DNA of 64,000 nt, taken from assembly GCA_044892525.1 (NCBI GenBank), contig CM097885.1:38380001-38444000 (forward strand), read 5' to 3'. The notes beneath the pieces are model-generated. The model worked only from the letters and a program-made list of their open reading frames with translations, did no database searches and was not told where the DNA came from. The DNA is from Schmidtea polychroa. Lineage: Eukaryota. Below are positions 29,580-42,461 of the stretch, piece after piece. A program made the position numbers and the translations under genes. Each line of letters opens with the position of its first letter. Positions within the stretch are counted from its first letter, which is position 1.

Positions 29580-32500
29580 ATTATATAAATTCTATTAATT
29601 TACAAAATAAATATATTTAAAAATTTCTAAAGCATTTTATTATAATTTTAATTTTAATTTTAACAAAAAAATTATTTAATTTAATAATGTCTTTGAAAGC
29701 AACAACAAAAATCCACATACCATTAATTCCCAAACTATTTAAAAACATTCAAAAGTGCATTTTGCACAATAATATTTATATTTAGTTCCTAATAATTTAT
29801 GGAAAAATTCTTTAAGACTATAAATTAATGTTTTGTTTTTTAAAGCCAGTACCCGAAAATTGAAAATTGAAAAATGATAAATTTATTTAAAAAACTAACT
29901 ATTTAGTTGTGATTTTTTTAAAAATGATTTTATTATTTTATCTATTTAGCAATTAACATTATATTTAATTAAAACTCCAATTATTTCTTCTTAACAGGAA
30001 TATTTAGAAAAATCTTTCAATATATCGAAAAGTTAGATGAATATTTACTGCAAAGTTTAAATGGATATAAAACATGTTGTAAAATAAATCAAATGAAATT
30101 TTTACTTTTAGAAAGGTTTTGAATTTCATGATGCTTTGAATTATATTTTATTTTTCATTTAAATAAATGATAACTTTAAAAAATATTTGAATAAATAATT
30201 TATATTTTTGCTAATATTTTTTAATAAAAGAATTTTTGATTAGGTAAATTATCTATTTTTAAAATGAAGTCCAAACAATTAAATTAATTTATATTAAAAT
30301 CTTTTAAACAAATAAAACGAGAAAATAAATTAAATTTATTTAATAATTGTGTTCCAAATTGAATATACTATAAGCAAACAATTTGTAAGTAAGACTCGCT
30401 ATGTTCAATTCTTGGATAAACAGGCCAATGAGAATTTTTGCTTTGATTAAATCGAAATAAATATTTTTACTTCAAAAATATTTAAAAATAGTTAATAAAA
30501 AATACAAATAATTGAATAAATTAAATATATAAGAATAAGAAATTCAATGCAAGAATAAATTTCTATGCCTACCTGACTGTATTTATTTACTATAATAATC
30601 ATGGGTACTGTATTCTTTTCCTTATCTATTTAGAAACCCATACGCCATTTTAAAATCGAATCTGTATAAAAATGTGAACATTGCTCGATGCATGCATAAA
30701 TACATATTTGGTACACGCAGTCAAAAACACACTGAATAATTGAACTCAAATTTGGAATAAATACACCCAAATATAATTACACACGTTTATCTTCAACTGT
30801 TTCATTTAATTCGTTTAAAAATAACTTACTTACCTATGATAAGTGGAACATTCAATAAGTATCGGACTAGGAATTACATATTTAAACAAAAAGACATTTT
30901 TTGAAGAAAATTGAGTTTTAATTTTCAACATTTTGATAGACTGTCCCCAAAAATGTATTTTCATATGCCTGAATAGATGAAAGTTGCTGAATGAGGGATC
31001 AGAACTGATCTAAAACACAAATACATTTTTTCAATCACTATCATTGTTTCCGCACTTTTATATATTAGAAGTCATAGACAGAGACAACAAGGCTTCGGTG
31101 ATTGCGCCTGCATGTGTCAACAAAGTTGCTGCAGTAGGTGGAATAAATTCGTATACCTTTTGAAGCGAAATCCGTAAAGATTTACTTAGACGAGATTAAT
31201 TCAGGATGGTATGCACACCTCTAGTACTCATACTAAACCGCGGCAAAAAATCCTTGATAGTGATTTAACGATCTTTCTTCACAATTTGCAAACATTCTTT
31301 TCCTTTTTGGTTCAAAATTTCACAAGGACGACGACATTTTTTATCATCAAATGCTGACTGTCAACCATTTTTGAACTAGTCAATGAAAAGAGGAACAAAA
31401 AAAGAATTATATCACACTTCAATACTCTATAGAATATAACATGATTTCACAAATAATTCAAAATGTTTTTTTCCAAACTGCTATGCAAATGAATATTAAA
31501 ACAAACAATATTTTTGTAACCTATGATTTCATTTGAATGCTGTTAAAGTACTATTATTTTTTATGGGGTAGTTCGACTATTTCTTGAACGCAACACGTAT
31601 ATCACGGAATGAGTTATATTTTATAAAAAATTCAATTTAGAAATGTAAAATAAAGAATTATTTATTATTGCTTATTGCAACATTTTTAATACACAAGTAG
31701 TTTGTGAAATAAAATTATCGAGTTTTTTAATTTATTATAGGCCTTATACTGACTGAAACCAAATGACTTTAAAATCAACTTAAATTGACCTACTTTGTGG
31801 TTACTATGGTTACAGAAAACCTATTTTTTTGACATATTGACATCTCCCTTGTCCTAGGTGAGTTGACATATATATGACTGGCACATATCCGTTCCGTGTG
31901 ATCCGTTTATTCAAAGTGAATAGCATTTTTTTGTTAGTTAAAATAATTTGCGCAATTTGTGTAGCATTATTTTGGTTAACATTAAGAAAATTTGATCGTC
32001 TTATTAAATTATGGAAAATTACTTCCCAAACACAATGGAAGTACAAAAATTACATTACTAAAATTAAAACACAAAATCTTAATAATTATCTCAGTTTTTT
32101 TGATTTACAAAACACCCATGCCTAAAAAGTATAATTAAAGCAAAAAAAAACAATTAATAATACGTCAATGAAAAATAAACACATTTAAACAAATAATTGC
32201 TACAGGAATCCCCAGCAAATCATTGAAAATTAATTTTTTCATTTGACATTTTTTTGTGGTTATTGAATAAGGGAAACAAAAGTTTCAGTAAATAGACAAA
32301 AGAAAAAATGTAATTAATTTTTGTTTATTTTTAAAAATCTGAATAGATTTAGTAATTAAATAATTGTTGATTATCGATTTAAAAATATATTATGTCTTCT
32401 CTAATGTTATTGAATAAACAAATGTACAATTATTTGTTTTATTAATAATAACTTTCACAATTAAATAACAATAATGTATAATATATAATATTTTTGAAAA

Positions 32501-33391
32501 TATAAGTATAAAAATAATAAATTAATTATTATTCAAGAATATTATAATAACTTTTTATTCCCATTTTACCAATGATTTCTTTTCCATTGTATTTTTTAAA
32601 AAGCTTGAAGACTACGAATTATTCAAGAATAATTATAATAATAATAACAATACATTTTTAAATGTGATTATAATTATAATTATTAAAGTTATAATGATTT
32701 TATATTACACGGGAAATTTTTGGAGCTATAGTTGTATAAAAAAATTAAATTAAAAAAAACAGATCAAATGTTAAAAAAGGATTACGTATCTTTTAATATA
32801 TAGAAATTTTTACTTTCGTCCATATTTATACTTTTGGTTAGAATCATTTAATAAACATTTTGAAGTAAGATCTGAGATTTTTAGGTGTAATATAATATTA
32901 ATTTAAAAATAATGTTGTGCATACAAGGGTAGCCTTTTTGGCTGTATGCGATATCATATAAAATTAATATTATATATAATTATATTTTCTGTCTATAAAA
33001 TAACGAGAAATCAAAATCACTTTTAATTAATCACTGAAACCGAATTCTTCTGACAAATTTCATTAAAATCTTTAACAAAATAATTATTAATTTAATAATG
33101 AAAAACTAGTTAGAATCATCTTCATAGTAAATTTCTTTTTAACATTTATGTAAGTAAGTAAAATTATTTTCAATTGCACGAAAATCTAGTTTGTTCACTA
33201 AAAAATGGAAAAAATGAAACTTTAAATTACATTAATCCTAAATTTGTACACCTTAAAAAATCAATAAAAAATTATTTTTGTTTAAATATTTTCCCTTCAT
33301 ATATTTATTAAAACAAATAAAAAATAAATAATATAAATAATATAAATAAATAATTTTAGCAATTTAGTTAGAAATAATAATTATAATAATG

Positions 33392-33462
<71 letters not shown>

Positions 33463-34207
33463 TTAATTTTTAATAAAATACTAATTTTTTCAGATTTTCT
33501 TTAGATTTTTTAAATTACCGGTTAAAATATACAATTTAAAATCCCTGGAACCGGCAAAAAAATTTAACGACTATATTATTGGATAAAAATAAATATAAAG
33601 GGTCAATAGAAAATTATATTTTGCAATTGTTATTAAAATTAATCATATTAGAAATATCTTCATTAGCTTGAGGTTTATGCAAATGAAATATTTGTTATTT
33701 ATAATGTTTTTCTATTTATTGAAATTTTATAAGTAGGAGTAAATAATCAAATGATAAATAATATATAATTCTTATTTTGCATTTTACTTATACAAAGCCA
33801 CTCCTTTTAACGTTATTGACGTTACTAGATTCAGTAATATTTATTTAATATATTTTTATTTATATTTTATATCAGTACACAAATCTTTGAATTACCCTTT
33901 CCTCAAAATCCCTTTTAAATCGTTTGTAATTTTCTTAAAAATCTTCAACTTTCATCCCGATTTTCATATTCCTCATAATGGTGCATTCCTATAATCATTT
34001 TCACAAGGAAAATTGAAAAGGAATTTTCTGTAATAATTTTCTGTAACGATAAAATTTGCACGCGAATATTTCACAAAATCGCCAACTCTCGTCATAATGC
34101 GCCGACACTAAACTCCCACATATATTATGCCAATTTATTTTAATAAAAGATATCACTAAATTTTTTATTTTTTTGGTCACTTTTAATCTGATTTCTTTTA
34201 TTGATGA

Positions 34208-34942
34208 TGTAATGTATTGTAATTATTTATTTTTCTTGGTTTTGTTAACCGTATGTTATAAATGTAAATTACAATTCTTCACGTCGTACGTGGCGAAGGT
34301 TTTTATTTTATGTTCGTAAAAAAACAAACTATATAGTGATTATTTACCATAGTAAATTATCACTATAGGAAAAAAAATTACAAATTAAAAAAAATCGATA
34401 AGAAGTATAAGAATTATTCAGAAATACAAATATACAAAACCGAAGTAAAAATTGGATTCTAAACTATATATTAAGAAACAAAGTGATTATTCATAATTGT
34501 GATACGAAACAAAATCATCTGAAGTTATTCTCTGAAAATCATCCTACAGAATATAGTTATTCTCTCATTATAAATAAAGGCCTAAATCTCTTTTTCCGGA
34601 CAATTTTACAAAGGTATTATTCTTGAGTGCAAGAGAAGACAAAATCGTCCGAAGTAATCCTCTGCAAATCATCCTCCTAGATATAATTATTCTGCAACCA
34701 CAAATACCGGACTAAATATTTGCCTCCGGACAATTAACAAAGTATTAAAGTTTATTGGTTAATAAAAGTATATAAAAGTCATATCATTGTTGCATATTAA
34801 TTTTTATTTTTTTTTATATACTATTGTCGCGTTACAATACACAACTTACACCCCGATTGTCCCAACACATATTTTTTAAAGGAGACTCTTTCGGGCACTT
34901 CAGTTTTCTTATTACTCTGCGTAAATAACATATAACTTAACA
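34208..34942 (+). repeat. 5' LTR (735 bp)
   Basis: Starts TGTAATGT, ends TTAACA; direct repeat of 39566-40298 with about 5 substitutions and 2 homopolymer indels by eye. Confidence 0.97.
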
Positions 34943-34944
34943 AT

Positions 34945-34956
34945 TGGTGTCAGAAG
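34945..34956 (+). promoter_or_regulatory. Primer binding site, complementary to tRNA-Leu 3' end
   Basis: TGGTGTCAGAAG 2 nt after the LTR; reverse complement CTTCTGACACCA matches the usual eukaryotic tRNA-Leu(CAA/CAG) 3' end. Confidence 0.85.
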
Positions 34957-35129
34957 ATAAAAAAACAATAACATAACACGCATTCGGCATTTGTTATTTC
35001 AATCACGAAACCTTTCAGTATAGTTATTATAGAACTAAAAAGGCTAGTGACACTGTTGGCCGAACACAGTAGGCCATATCCTTCAGATAAACTGTTATAT
35101 TTTTTTCAACACAACAACAAAACAAATAA

Positions 35130-36224
35130 ATGGCTTCAAACCAGCAAAACCCGACAAACAATACACAGATACCCAACAACTATGAAAATGCTCACTCACC
35201 GGAAGACATGAACCACCAATACAACCCAAGCACCAACAACGCAAACACACACAAAACACATGAAAGCAGTAGTTATTATTACAACCCCGAAAATTCATCC
35301 GCGGTAAACTCAATACTAAACCCCAAGGCAAACATCCCAAATTTCTTCACAGACGAAAATGGGACACCACAAAAATGGCTAGAATTTGCCAAATTAACAT
35401 TAAGCCTATCAAGCATTAAATCATCAAGAACAGTTTGTTCTCACATAAGCACTGCCCTTCCCAGGAACATCCTGAACGAGATAGCCGATAGAGTAGAAGA
35501 AATATCAAAGGACGACAACCCTTTCGAAAACCTATACAACACTTTAATAAATCGAAACAAAGTAAACAGACGAGAACTACTCGAATCCTGTTTGAAAGAT
35601 ATCCAATTGGGTAATGACAAACCGTCTGAATTTCTGCGAAATCTAAAGGCAAAACTCGAATACTTGCAACCAAAAATAACAAGCATCGGGTCAAAAGAGT
35701 TCATCAAAGACCTTTTCATGCGCGCAATGCCACCTGAAATACGACGGATTCTAGCTGCCAGCAACTGTACAGACCTCGATACTCTGGCAAACATAGCAGA
35801 CAAAATCAACGACGAAATATACCCAACAATATGTAGAACTTACCAAAACAAAAATTATTTTAAGAGCAACGAAAACAAACCTGTACACAATAGCTCAGAA
35901 ACTACTGAAACGAACAAACTCCTCTCAACTCTGGTAACAAAATTCGATGAAATAATTATTGAAAACAAAAATCTAAGAAAAGACATAACCGAATTACAAA
36001 GAAGAGAATCAAGGAGAACGCAATATTACGAAAACAGACAAAATTACCCCAGACAAAATACACGATCTGGCAGCCGCAACAGCATCGACAGAAACAAAAC
36101 ATGGAACAACCCTAATAAATGCACAAACCAAAATCATTGTTACTACCACAATAAATTTGGGAATAAAGCATACAAATGCAACAAACCCTGCACCTTCGAC
36201 AAAGAAGAGTCGGAAAACATATAA
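35130..36224 (+). CDS. gag: Gag polyprotein, 364 aa
   Basis: Open ORF after PBS; LGNDKPSEFLRNLK, LFMRAMP.EIRRILA, LANIADKI and CYYHNKFGNKAYKCNKPC (CHCC) motifs. Confidence 0.93.
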   Translation: MASNQQNPTNNTQIPNNYENAHSPEDMNHQYNPSTNNANTHKTHESSSYYYNPENSSAVNSILNPKANIPNFFTDENGTPQKWLEFAKLTLSLSSIKSSRTVCSHISTALPRNILNEIADRVEEISKDDNPFENLYNTLINRNKVNRRELLESCLKDIQLGNDKPSEFLRNLKAKLEYLQPKITSIGSKEFIKDLFMRAMPPEIRRILAASNCTDLDTLANIADKINDEIYPTICRTYQNKNYFKSNENKPVHNSSETTETNKLLSTLVTKFDEIIIENKNLRKDITELQRRESRRTQYYENRQNYPRQNTRSGSRNSIDRNKTWNNPNKCTNQNHCYYHNKFGNKAYKCNKPCTFDKEESENI

Positions 36225-37585
36225 AGTCACCAATGATAGCACCGACATTTGGTGACAGCCAAACTTTCACGGTGCATAGCAATGGCCTAAATTTTCTTGT
36301 TGATACAGGTTCAATAATTTCATTATTACCGAATTACCTATACAAAAACACAAAAACCGAAACCGCAAATTTGTGCGCAGCAAACGGCAGCCCAATTAAA
36401 ACATTCGGAAAGCAAAACATCAACATCACCATCAACAACACACAATACAATTGGCAATTCACTATCGCTGAAGTCAAACAAGCTATTTTAGGAGCAGACT
36501 TCCTTTCATACTTCAACCTACTAGTCGACTGTAAAAATGGAAAAGTCATACCAAACAATTCAAATGACATACACAGCAAAAATAAACAATCTAAAAAACA
36601 AATCAATTGCGACATCGGAGTAATAACAGCCCAAAACGGTGAAGAAAAAACAAATAAAACAGAAACAAACTGGCACATACCTAACGAAATCGCAAAACTG
36701 ATACAAAATGTAGCAAATATAACTAATAAATTAGAGACAAACAATAACACAAAATGCATAACCGAACACATAATAATTAGCAACGGAAACCCAGTCCATG
36801 CAAAAGTCAGACAATTAGACAAAAATAAACTCGAAATAACTAAGAAAATATTCGACGAACTACTAGAAAACCAAATCGTCAAACACTCAAACTCAAACTG
36901 GTCATCAGCCCTCATGCTTAAAGAAAAGGCAAACGGCGAATGGCGAGCCTGTGGAGACTACAGAGCATTAAACAATATCACAACAGCCGACAAATACCCA
37001 ATCCCAATAATAAACGATATCATCAACAGATTTAACAAACCCAAAATTTTCAGCAAAATAGACTTAGAAAAAGCCTATCACCAAATTCCTGTCAGAACTG
37101 AAGACATAAAGAAAACAGCAATCATCACACCCATAGGACTTTTCGAGTATAACAAAATGCCTTTTGGATTAAAAAACGCTGCAGCCACTTTCCAACGCTT
37201 CATGGACCAAATTTTACGAAATCAAAAGAACACAGTCGCATACCTTGACGACATCCTGATAGCATCAGCAAACAAAACAGAACATATACAAAATATTAAA
37301 AACGTGTTCGAAATATTAAGCAAACATGAGCTAAAAATTAACATAAAAAAATGCGAATTTTTGAAAACAGAAATAAAATTTCTGGGTCACATGTTAAACG
37401 AAAATGGAACAAGGCCTTTAGACGACAAAATCAAAGCAATCAAAAATTACCCTCTACCCACAACTACAAAAGAGCTAAGACGTTTCCTTGGAATGATCAA
37501 TTTCTACCACAAATACATACCAATATGTAGTGAAATGCTAGCCCCTCTCAACGAACTGAACAAAACAAAGAGAAACATCAAATAA
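36176..37585 (+). CDS. pol: Pol, N-terminal part: aspartic protease and reverse transcriptase (-1 frame relative to gag)
   Basis: FLVDTGS, ILGADFL, WRACGDYRALN, KIDLEKAYHQIP, MPFGLKNAAATFQRFMD, YLDDILI, LRRFLGMINFY. Confidence 0.95.
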   Translation: MQQTLHLRQRRVGKHIKSPMIAPTFGDSQTFTVHSNGLNFLVDTGSIISLLPNYLYKNTKTETANLCAANGSPIKTFGKQNINITINNTQYNWQFTIAEVKQAILGADFLSYFNLLVDCKNGKVIPNNSNDIHSKNKQSKKQINCDIGVITAQNGEEKTNKTETNWHIPNEIAKLIQNVANITNKLETNNNTKCITEHIIISNGNPVHAKVRQLDKNKLEITKKIFDELLENQIVKHSNSNWSSALMLKEKANGEWRACGDYRALNNITTADKYPIPIINDIINRFNKPKIFSKIDLEKAYHQIPVRTEDIKKTAIITPIGLFEYNKMPFGLKNAAATFQRFMDQILRNQKNTVAYLDDILIASANKTEHIQNIKNVFEILSKHELKINIKKCEFLKTEIKFLGHMLNENGTRPLDDKIKAIKNYPLPTTTKELRRFLGMINFYHKYIPICSEMLAPLNELNKTKRNIK

Positions 37586-39378
37586 ATTGGAACGAAAAAC
37601 TAATAACAGCGTTCGAACAAGCAAAAGAAAATCTGAAAAATGCAAGCATCCTAAACTATCCCAACCAAGAATTACCATACATAGTCAACACAGATTGTTC
37701 GGGAGTAGCAATGGGTGGAACGATATTCCAAGAAGAAAATAACGAAAAAAGACCAATAGCTTTCTTCTCAAAGAAACTCAAAACTCACCAAATGAGATAC
37801 TCCACTTTTGACAGGGAGTTATTAGCGTTACATGATACAATCAGACATTTCCAATACCTATTGGAAGGAAAAGATTTCGAAGTGTATACCGACCATAAAC
37901 CCTTAATAAACGCAATGAACATGAAAAATCCTTCACCGAGACAAATAAGACAATTAAACTATATTTCACAATTTAATTGCAAAATAAAATACATAGCAGG
38001 TTCAGCTAACATAAGTGCAGATGCATTATCAAGAATAGAAACTGACATAAATGCACTCAACATAACACCCATCATAGAGTTAGAAAAGTTAAAAACTAAA
38101 CAAAAAGAAACAACAATCGAAACTCCAAGGTTGAATTCACTCCAATTGGAAGAAATAGACGGCATATGGTACGACACTTCAAACGACAATAACAAAAGGA
38201 TTATAGTACCAGCAGAACTGCGCGATCAATACCTCCAAAAATATCACAACATCTACCATCCGGGAAACAAAGCCACATACGAACTTCTGCATACCAAAGT
38301 TGTTTGGCCTTTCATGAGAAGGGACGTAAAAACGTTCGTAAAAAATTGCCCACAGTGTCAAAAGAATAAGATAACAACAAAACAATTCAAAACAACAATT
38401 GTACAATTCCCAAGTTCTGAAGCATTCGAAACGATACATATCGACATAGTCGGCCCTCTACCTCCAAATAATAAACACAAGTACTTATTAACTATAATAG
38501 ACCGAAAAACAAATTGGTTCGAAGCCATTCCAATAAAAGAAATATCAGCAGCAAAAATATGCAGTAAATTAGAATTAAACTGGTTCGCCCGGTATGGCTG
38601 CCCAAAGACAATAATCAGCGATCAGGGTAGGCAATTTGAATCTGATATTTTCAAAGGACTTTGCAACAAATATAACATCAACAAAACCAGAACAACAGCA
38701 TACAATCCACAATCAAACGGAAAAGTTGAGAGATTACACCGATCATTAAAACAAGCAATCAGAACAAAAACAAACAATAACAACAACTGGTTAGAAAAAT
38801 TACCAGAAATACTAATAGGATTACGAAACAACCCTTCAAGCCTAAACAACAAAAGCCCTAGCCAATCAGTTTTTGGACACAATACAAACCTACCAAACTT
38901 AAAGGATGAAAACGAAAACAAGATAAAAACAACCGATAAAGAATCACAAATACCCATACTAAAAAGTATTCTAAAAAACAAAAATAATAATAAAACCCAA
39001 AACCAAACAGAACTAATAATAGACATGGTTTTAGTAAAGAAACCCTTCACTAGCGGATTTGAAACAAAGTACGAAGGCCCATACAAACTGTTAAATATGT
39101 ATAAAAACGTTGGCACAATTTTAAAAGACAATAAACAAATCAAAATAAACATACGCCGATTAAAACCATATCACGAAAACAAAACACCAACTCTTAACAA
39201 TCACCACAACCTAAACCCTCAAAACAACCACCCAAAGTACAAAACACAAGAACGAACAGAAATACAGACAAACCAGAAACACATCAGATTCAGCGAAAAA
39301 AACTCAACAAAAATTTTCGACAACAACACAACAATCACACCAGAATACAAAAAGCGTTATAGCGATTGCCTCAAATAA
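37575..39378 (+). CDS. pol: Pol, C-terminal part: RNase H and integrase, separated from RT by a 1-bp frameshift near 37561-37585
   Basis: Frame of ORF 37711-39378 is open upstream (QINWNEK...AFEQAKENL...VNTDCSGVAMGG); YSTFDRELLA, TDHKPL, ADALSR, HHCC, HIDIVGPLP, ISDQGRQFES, NGKVERLHRSLK, GPY. Confidence 0.93.
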
Positions 39379-39551
39379 ACAACACATGCACCCACAAGAT
39401 TTTGTTGTACAATTTTTATAAAGTGCTAGTTGTAAAACACAAAACATAAACTCACCTAAATCATCACAAAACACAAGAACATATTTTTTTTTGCAGTTTT
39501 ATCTTATCTCTGTAAATATGTAAAGCCGTTTAAATGTTAACCTCCGGTTTT

Positions 39552-39562
39552 AAAGGGGGAAG
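39552..39562 (+). promoter_or_regulatory. Polypurine tract
   Basis: AAAGGGGGAAG just upstream of the 3' LTR. Confidence 0.9.
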
Positions 39563-39565
39563 TTC

Positions 39566-40298
39566 TGTAATGTATTGTAATTATTTATTTTTCTTGGTTT
39601 TGTTAACCGTATGTTATAAATGTAAATTACAATTCTTCACGTCGTACGTGGCAAAGGTTTTTATTTTATGTTCGTAAAAAAACAAACTATATAGTGATAA
39701 TTTACCATAGTAAATTATCACTATAGGAAAAAAATTACAAATTTAAAAAAATCGATAAGAAGTATAAGAATTATTCAGAAATACAAATATACAAAACCGA
39801 AGTAAAAATTGGATTCTAAACTATATATTAAGAAACAAAGTGATTATTCATAATTGTGATACGAAACAAAATCATCTGAAGTTATTCTCTGAAAATCATC
39901 CTACAGAATATAGTTATTCTCTCATTATAAATAAAGGCCTAAATCTCTTTTTCCGGACAATTTTACAAAGGTATTATTCTTGAGTGCAAGAGAAGACAAA
40001 ATCGTCCGAAGTAATCCTCTGCAAATCATCCTCCTAGATATAATTATTCTGCAACCACAAATACCGGACTAAATATTTGCCTCCGGACAATTAACAAAGT
40101 ATTAAAGTTTATTGGTTAATAAAAGTATATAAAAGTCATATCATTGTTGCATATTAATTTTTATTTTTTTTATATACTATTGTCGCGTTACTATACACAA
40201 CTTACACCCCGATTGTCCCAACACATATTTTTTAAAGGAGACTCTTTCGGGCACTTCAGTTTTCTTATTACTCTACGTAAATAACATATAACTTAACA
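39566..40298 (+). repeat. 3' LTR (733 bp)
   Basis: Copy of the 5' LTR, preceded by a polypurine tract and followed by TSD ATGA. Confidence 0.97.
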
Positions 40299-40654
40299 AT
40301 GATATGATCCAGATTTTATAGAAATTTATGCACTTTTGCATATTTAGAAGAGAAAGTAAATTTTATTTGGAATTTAAAATTTATTATTTTTTTATAAAAT
40401 TTTAACGATTATGACAGGTTATATAATGTCCGAATTTATAAGTTATGCCTTACTATTTTTATGTCATTTTCACGTGCAATGTTTCTGCTATAATAAAAAC
40501 AAGAAATAAATTCCATTTATAAATTACCCATATCGTTTATAATTTTTTATATTTTTAATTTTTTTTATATCAAATTTTATATCATTTTCGTAGAATATTA
40601 TTAATTTTAATTTCAATAAAATACAAACTATGTTCAAAATATGTTTTTTTATTA

Positions 40655-40719
<65 letters not shown>

Positions 40720-42461
40720 CTTATACAATTATCCTATCTACTTCTGTAATATTTTGGGGCTTAAAAACTTATTTGATTTAATACATGTGTATACTTGAGT
40801 TAGCTCATGACAGGTCAAAAATATATTTAGATACTAAGGTTACTTATTTTTATTGTATTAAAATCAATAAATTTCTGTATTTTTCAATTTGATAAAGATT
40901 ATGTTGATACTTTTAATCTAATTAGTAATGTTGGATGACGAGGTAAGGCCCATAGATACGTTCCTGTTATCGAAATACTATCAGACAGGGCTAAGTAAAT
41001 ATAGGATGAACATTTACGCAGAAGTCAAATGAAAAAATGAACCATCCTAAAAATGCAATTTAAATCCCAATCCAATGCTGCAATCATATAATAGTCTGTA
41101 ATTTTTTTATACTATCCTTGTGAATATATAAATAAATATCCTATTAATTGTTATGTATATCTTTAGTTTTTATATTATTTAGTGTATATTGTAATTATTC
41201 ATTATTATTAGCGAGACAATGTTTTATCAGACAATATAGATACCTTTGTGTAAATCTTCCATTTTATTTATTGTAATTTATTTTTATACAAAAAAATTTA
41301 AATAATGGTAATTAATGGTAAATATAGTTAATTAAAACACATGTATTATTAAATAATTTTTATTTAAAAACAATTCAATTTATTTATCTGAAAGAAATTA
41401 ATATAGAGTGCAATAAATACAAATTAAAATCAAATAAATCAAATACTATTCCGTAAAGGAAGCAATAATAAATATATTAAAACAATTAATTGTAATTAAT
41501 TATATAAATTATTATACTAAATTAATTATAGAAGGAAATAATTATAATATTTTATTTTTATTTAGCAAAATAATTAAAGTAGATTGAACGAAATAATCAA
41601 TTTTGAATGGAAGTTTCAGTGTATATTTTACTTGGTAAATTTTGTTTTTAATAAAGGTTTTTAAACAAACATGTCTTTGTTTATCTTTATATAAGTGTAA
41701 CGTTAAAGTTTTAAATATACATATTTGAGATCTCAACAGTATTATTCGAATTGTATTTTATTTTTACTTGTTTTTTGATTGGCTTTCTATTTTTGATGTT
41801 TCATTTATTTTCATTGGTAATAATGTTTAGTTGATAAGGATTTCAGTATAACTATAATACAGATCTGAATCTTTGTGTTTTCAAATATATAAACAAAGTC
41901 CACACAAAAAATCAAACCTGTTTAATACACAATTTTGTATTACTGATATATATTTTATTAACACAAGGCCTCTTAACAGTCACTCTTTTAAACTGGTTCT
42001 ATAAGTTTCCCAAGGAGAACTATTTGTTCGACGAATCTGATTAATGAACGACACTTTTTGCATAAATTTCTCTGTTTTTTCCATCAAAATTTTTAACTAA
42101 ATTTTATTTATCTTTCCTTGCTATTTATTATCTTGGTTTCTCATGTCACTTTTATTAAATTGTTTTCATTAAATTTTCAAACTTCTTTCTTGCTCGTAGA
42201 AATGAATGTTTTGTTTAAACTATCACCTTGTGTAATGGTACAAATAATGCTGTAAGTAATTAATTAGTTTGTATTTTGAAATTTAAGTTCCATACAAATC
42301 CTATTAATTTTATATAATTAAATTCGTTTAAATGTTTTCATTTTTCGATAAATAATATTGATTTTTTCATTTTTAATTCTAATAATTAATTTTGGACATT
42401 TTAAATAAATCAAGTCACTAGTTTTTATAATTATAATTTATATTATATATATATATATATA

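Larger units (their letters stand above)
34208..40298 (+). mobile_element. Full-length Ty3/Gypsy LTR retrotransposon, CsRn1/Kabuki-like clade
   Basis: Two TG...CA LTRs, 4-bp TSD ATGA (34204-34207 and 40299-40302), PBS, PPT, gag with C-X2-H-X9-C-X3-C knuckle, pol order PR-RT-RH-IN. Confidence 0.97.

Noticed and set aside
30950..31330. Minus-strand IPPTAATLLTH, similar to a motif in large DNA transposon proteins
   Set aside because: Single short motif among stops; not enough to assign.
35095..39152. Long antisense ORFs within the Gypsy element
   Set aside because: Expected from the strongly A/C-rich, T-poor sense strand; hydrophobic low-information translations.
40930..41030. DE...KYY...SKYRMNIYA, faint piggyBac transposase resemblance
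   Set aside because: Too degenerate without a profile search.
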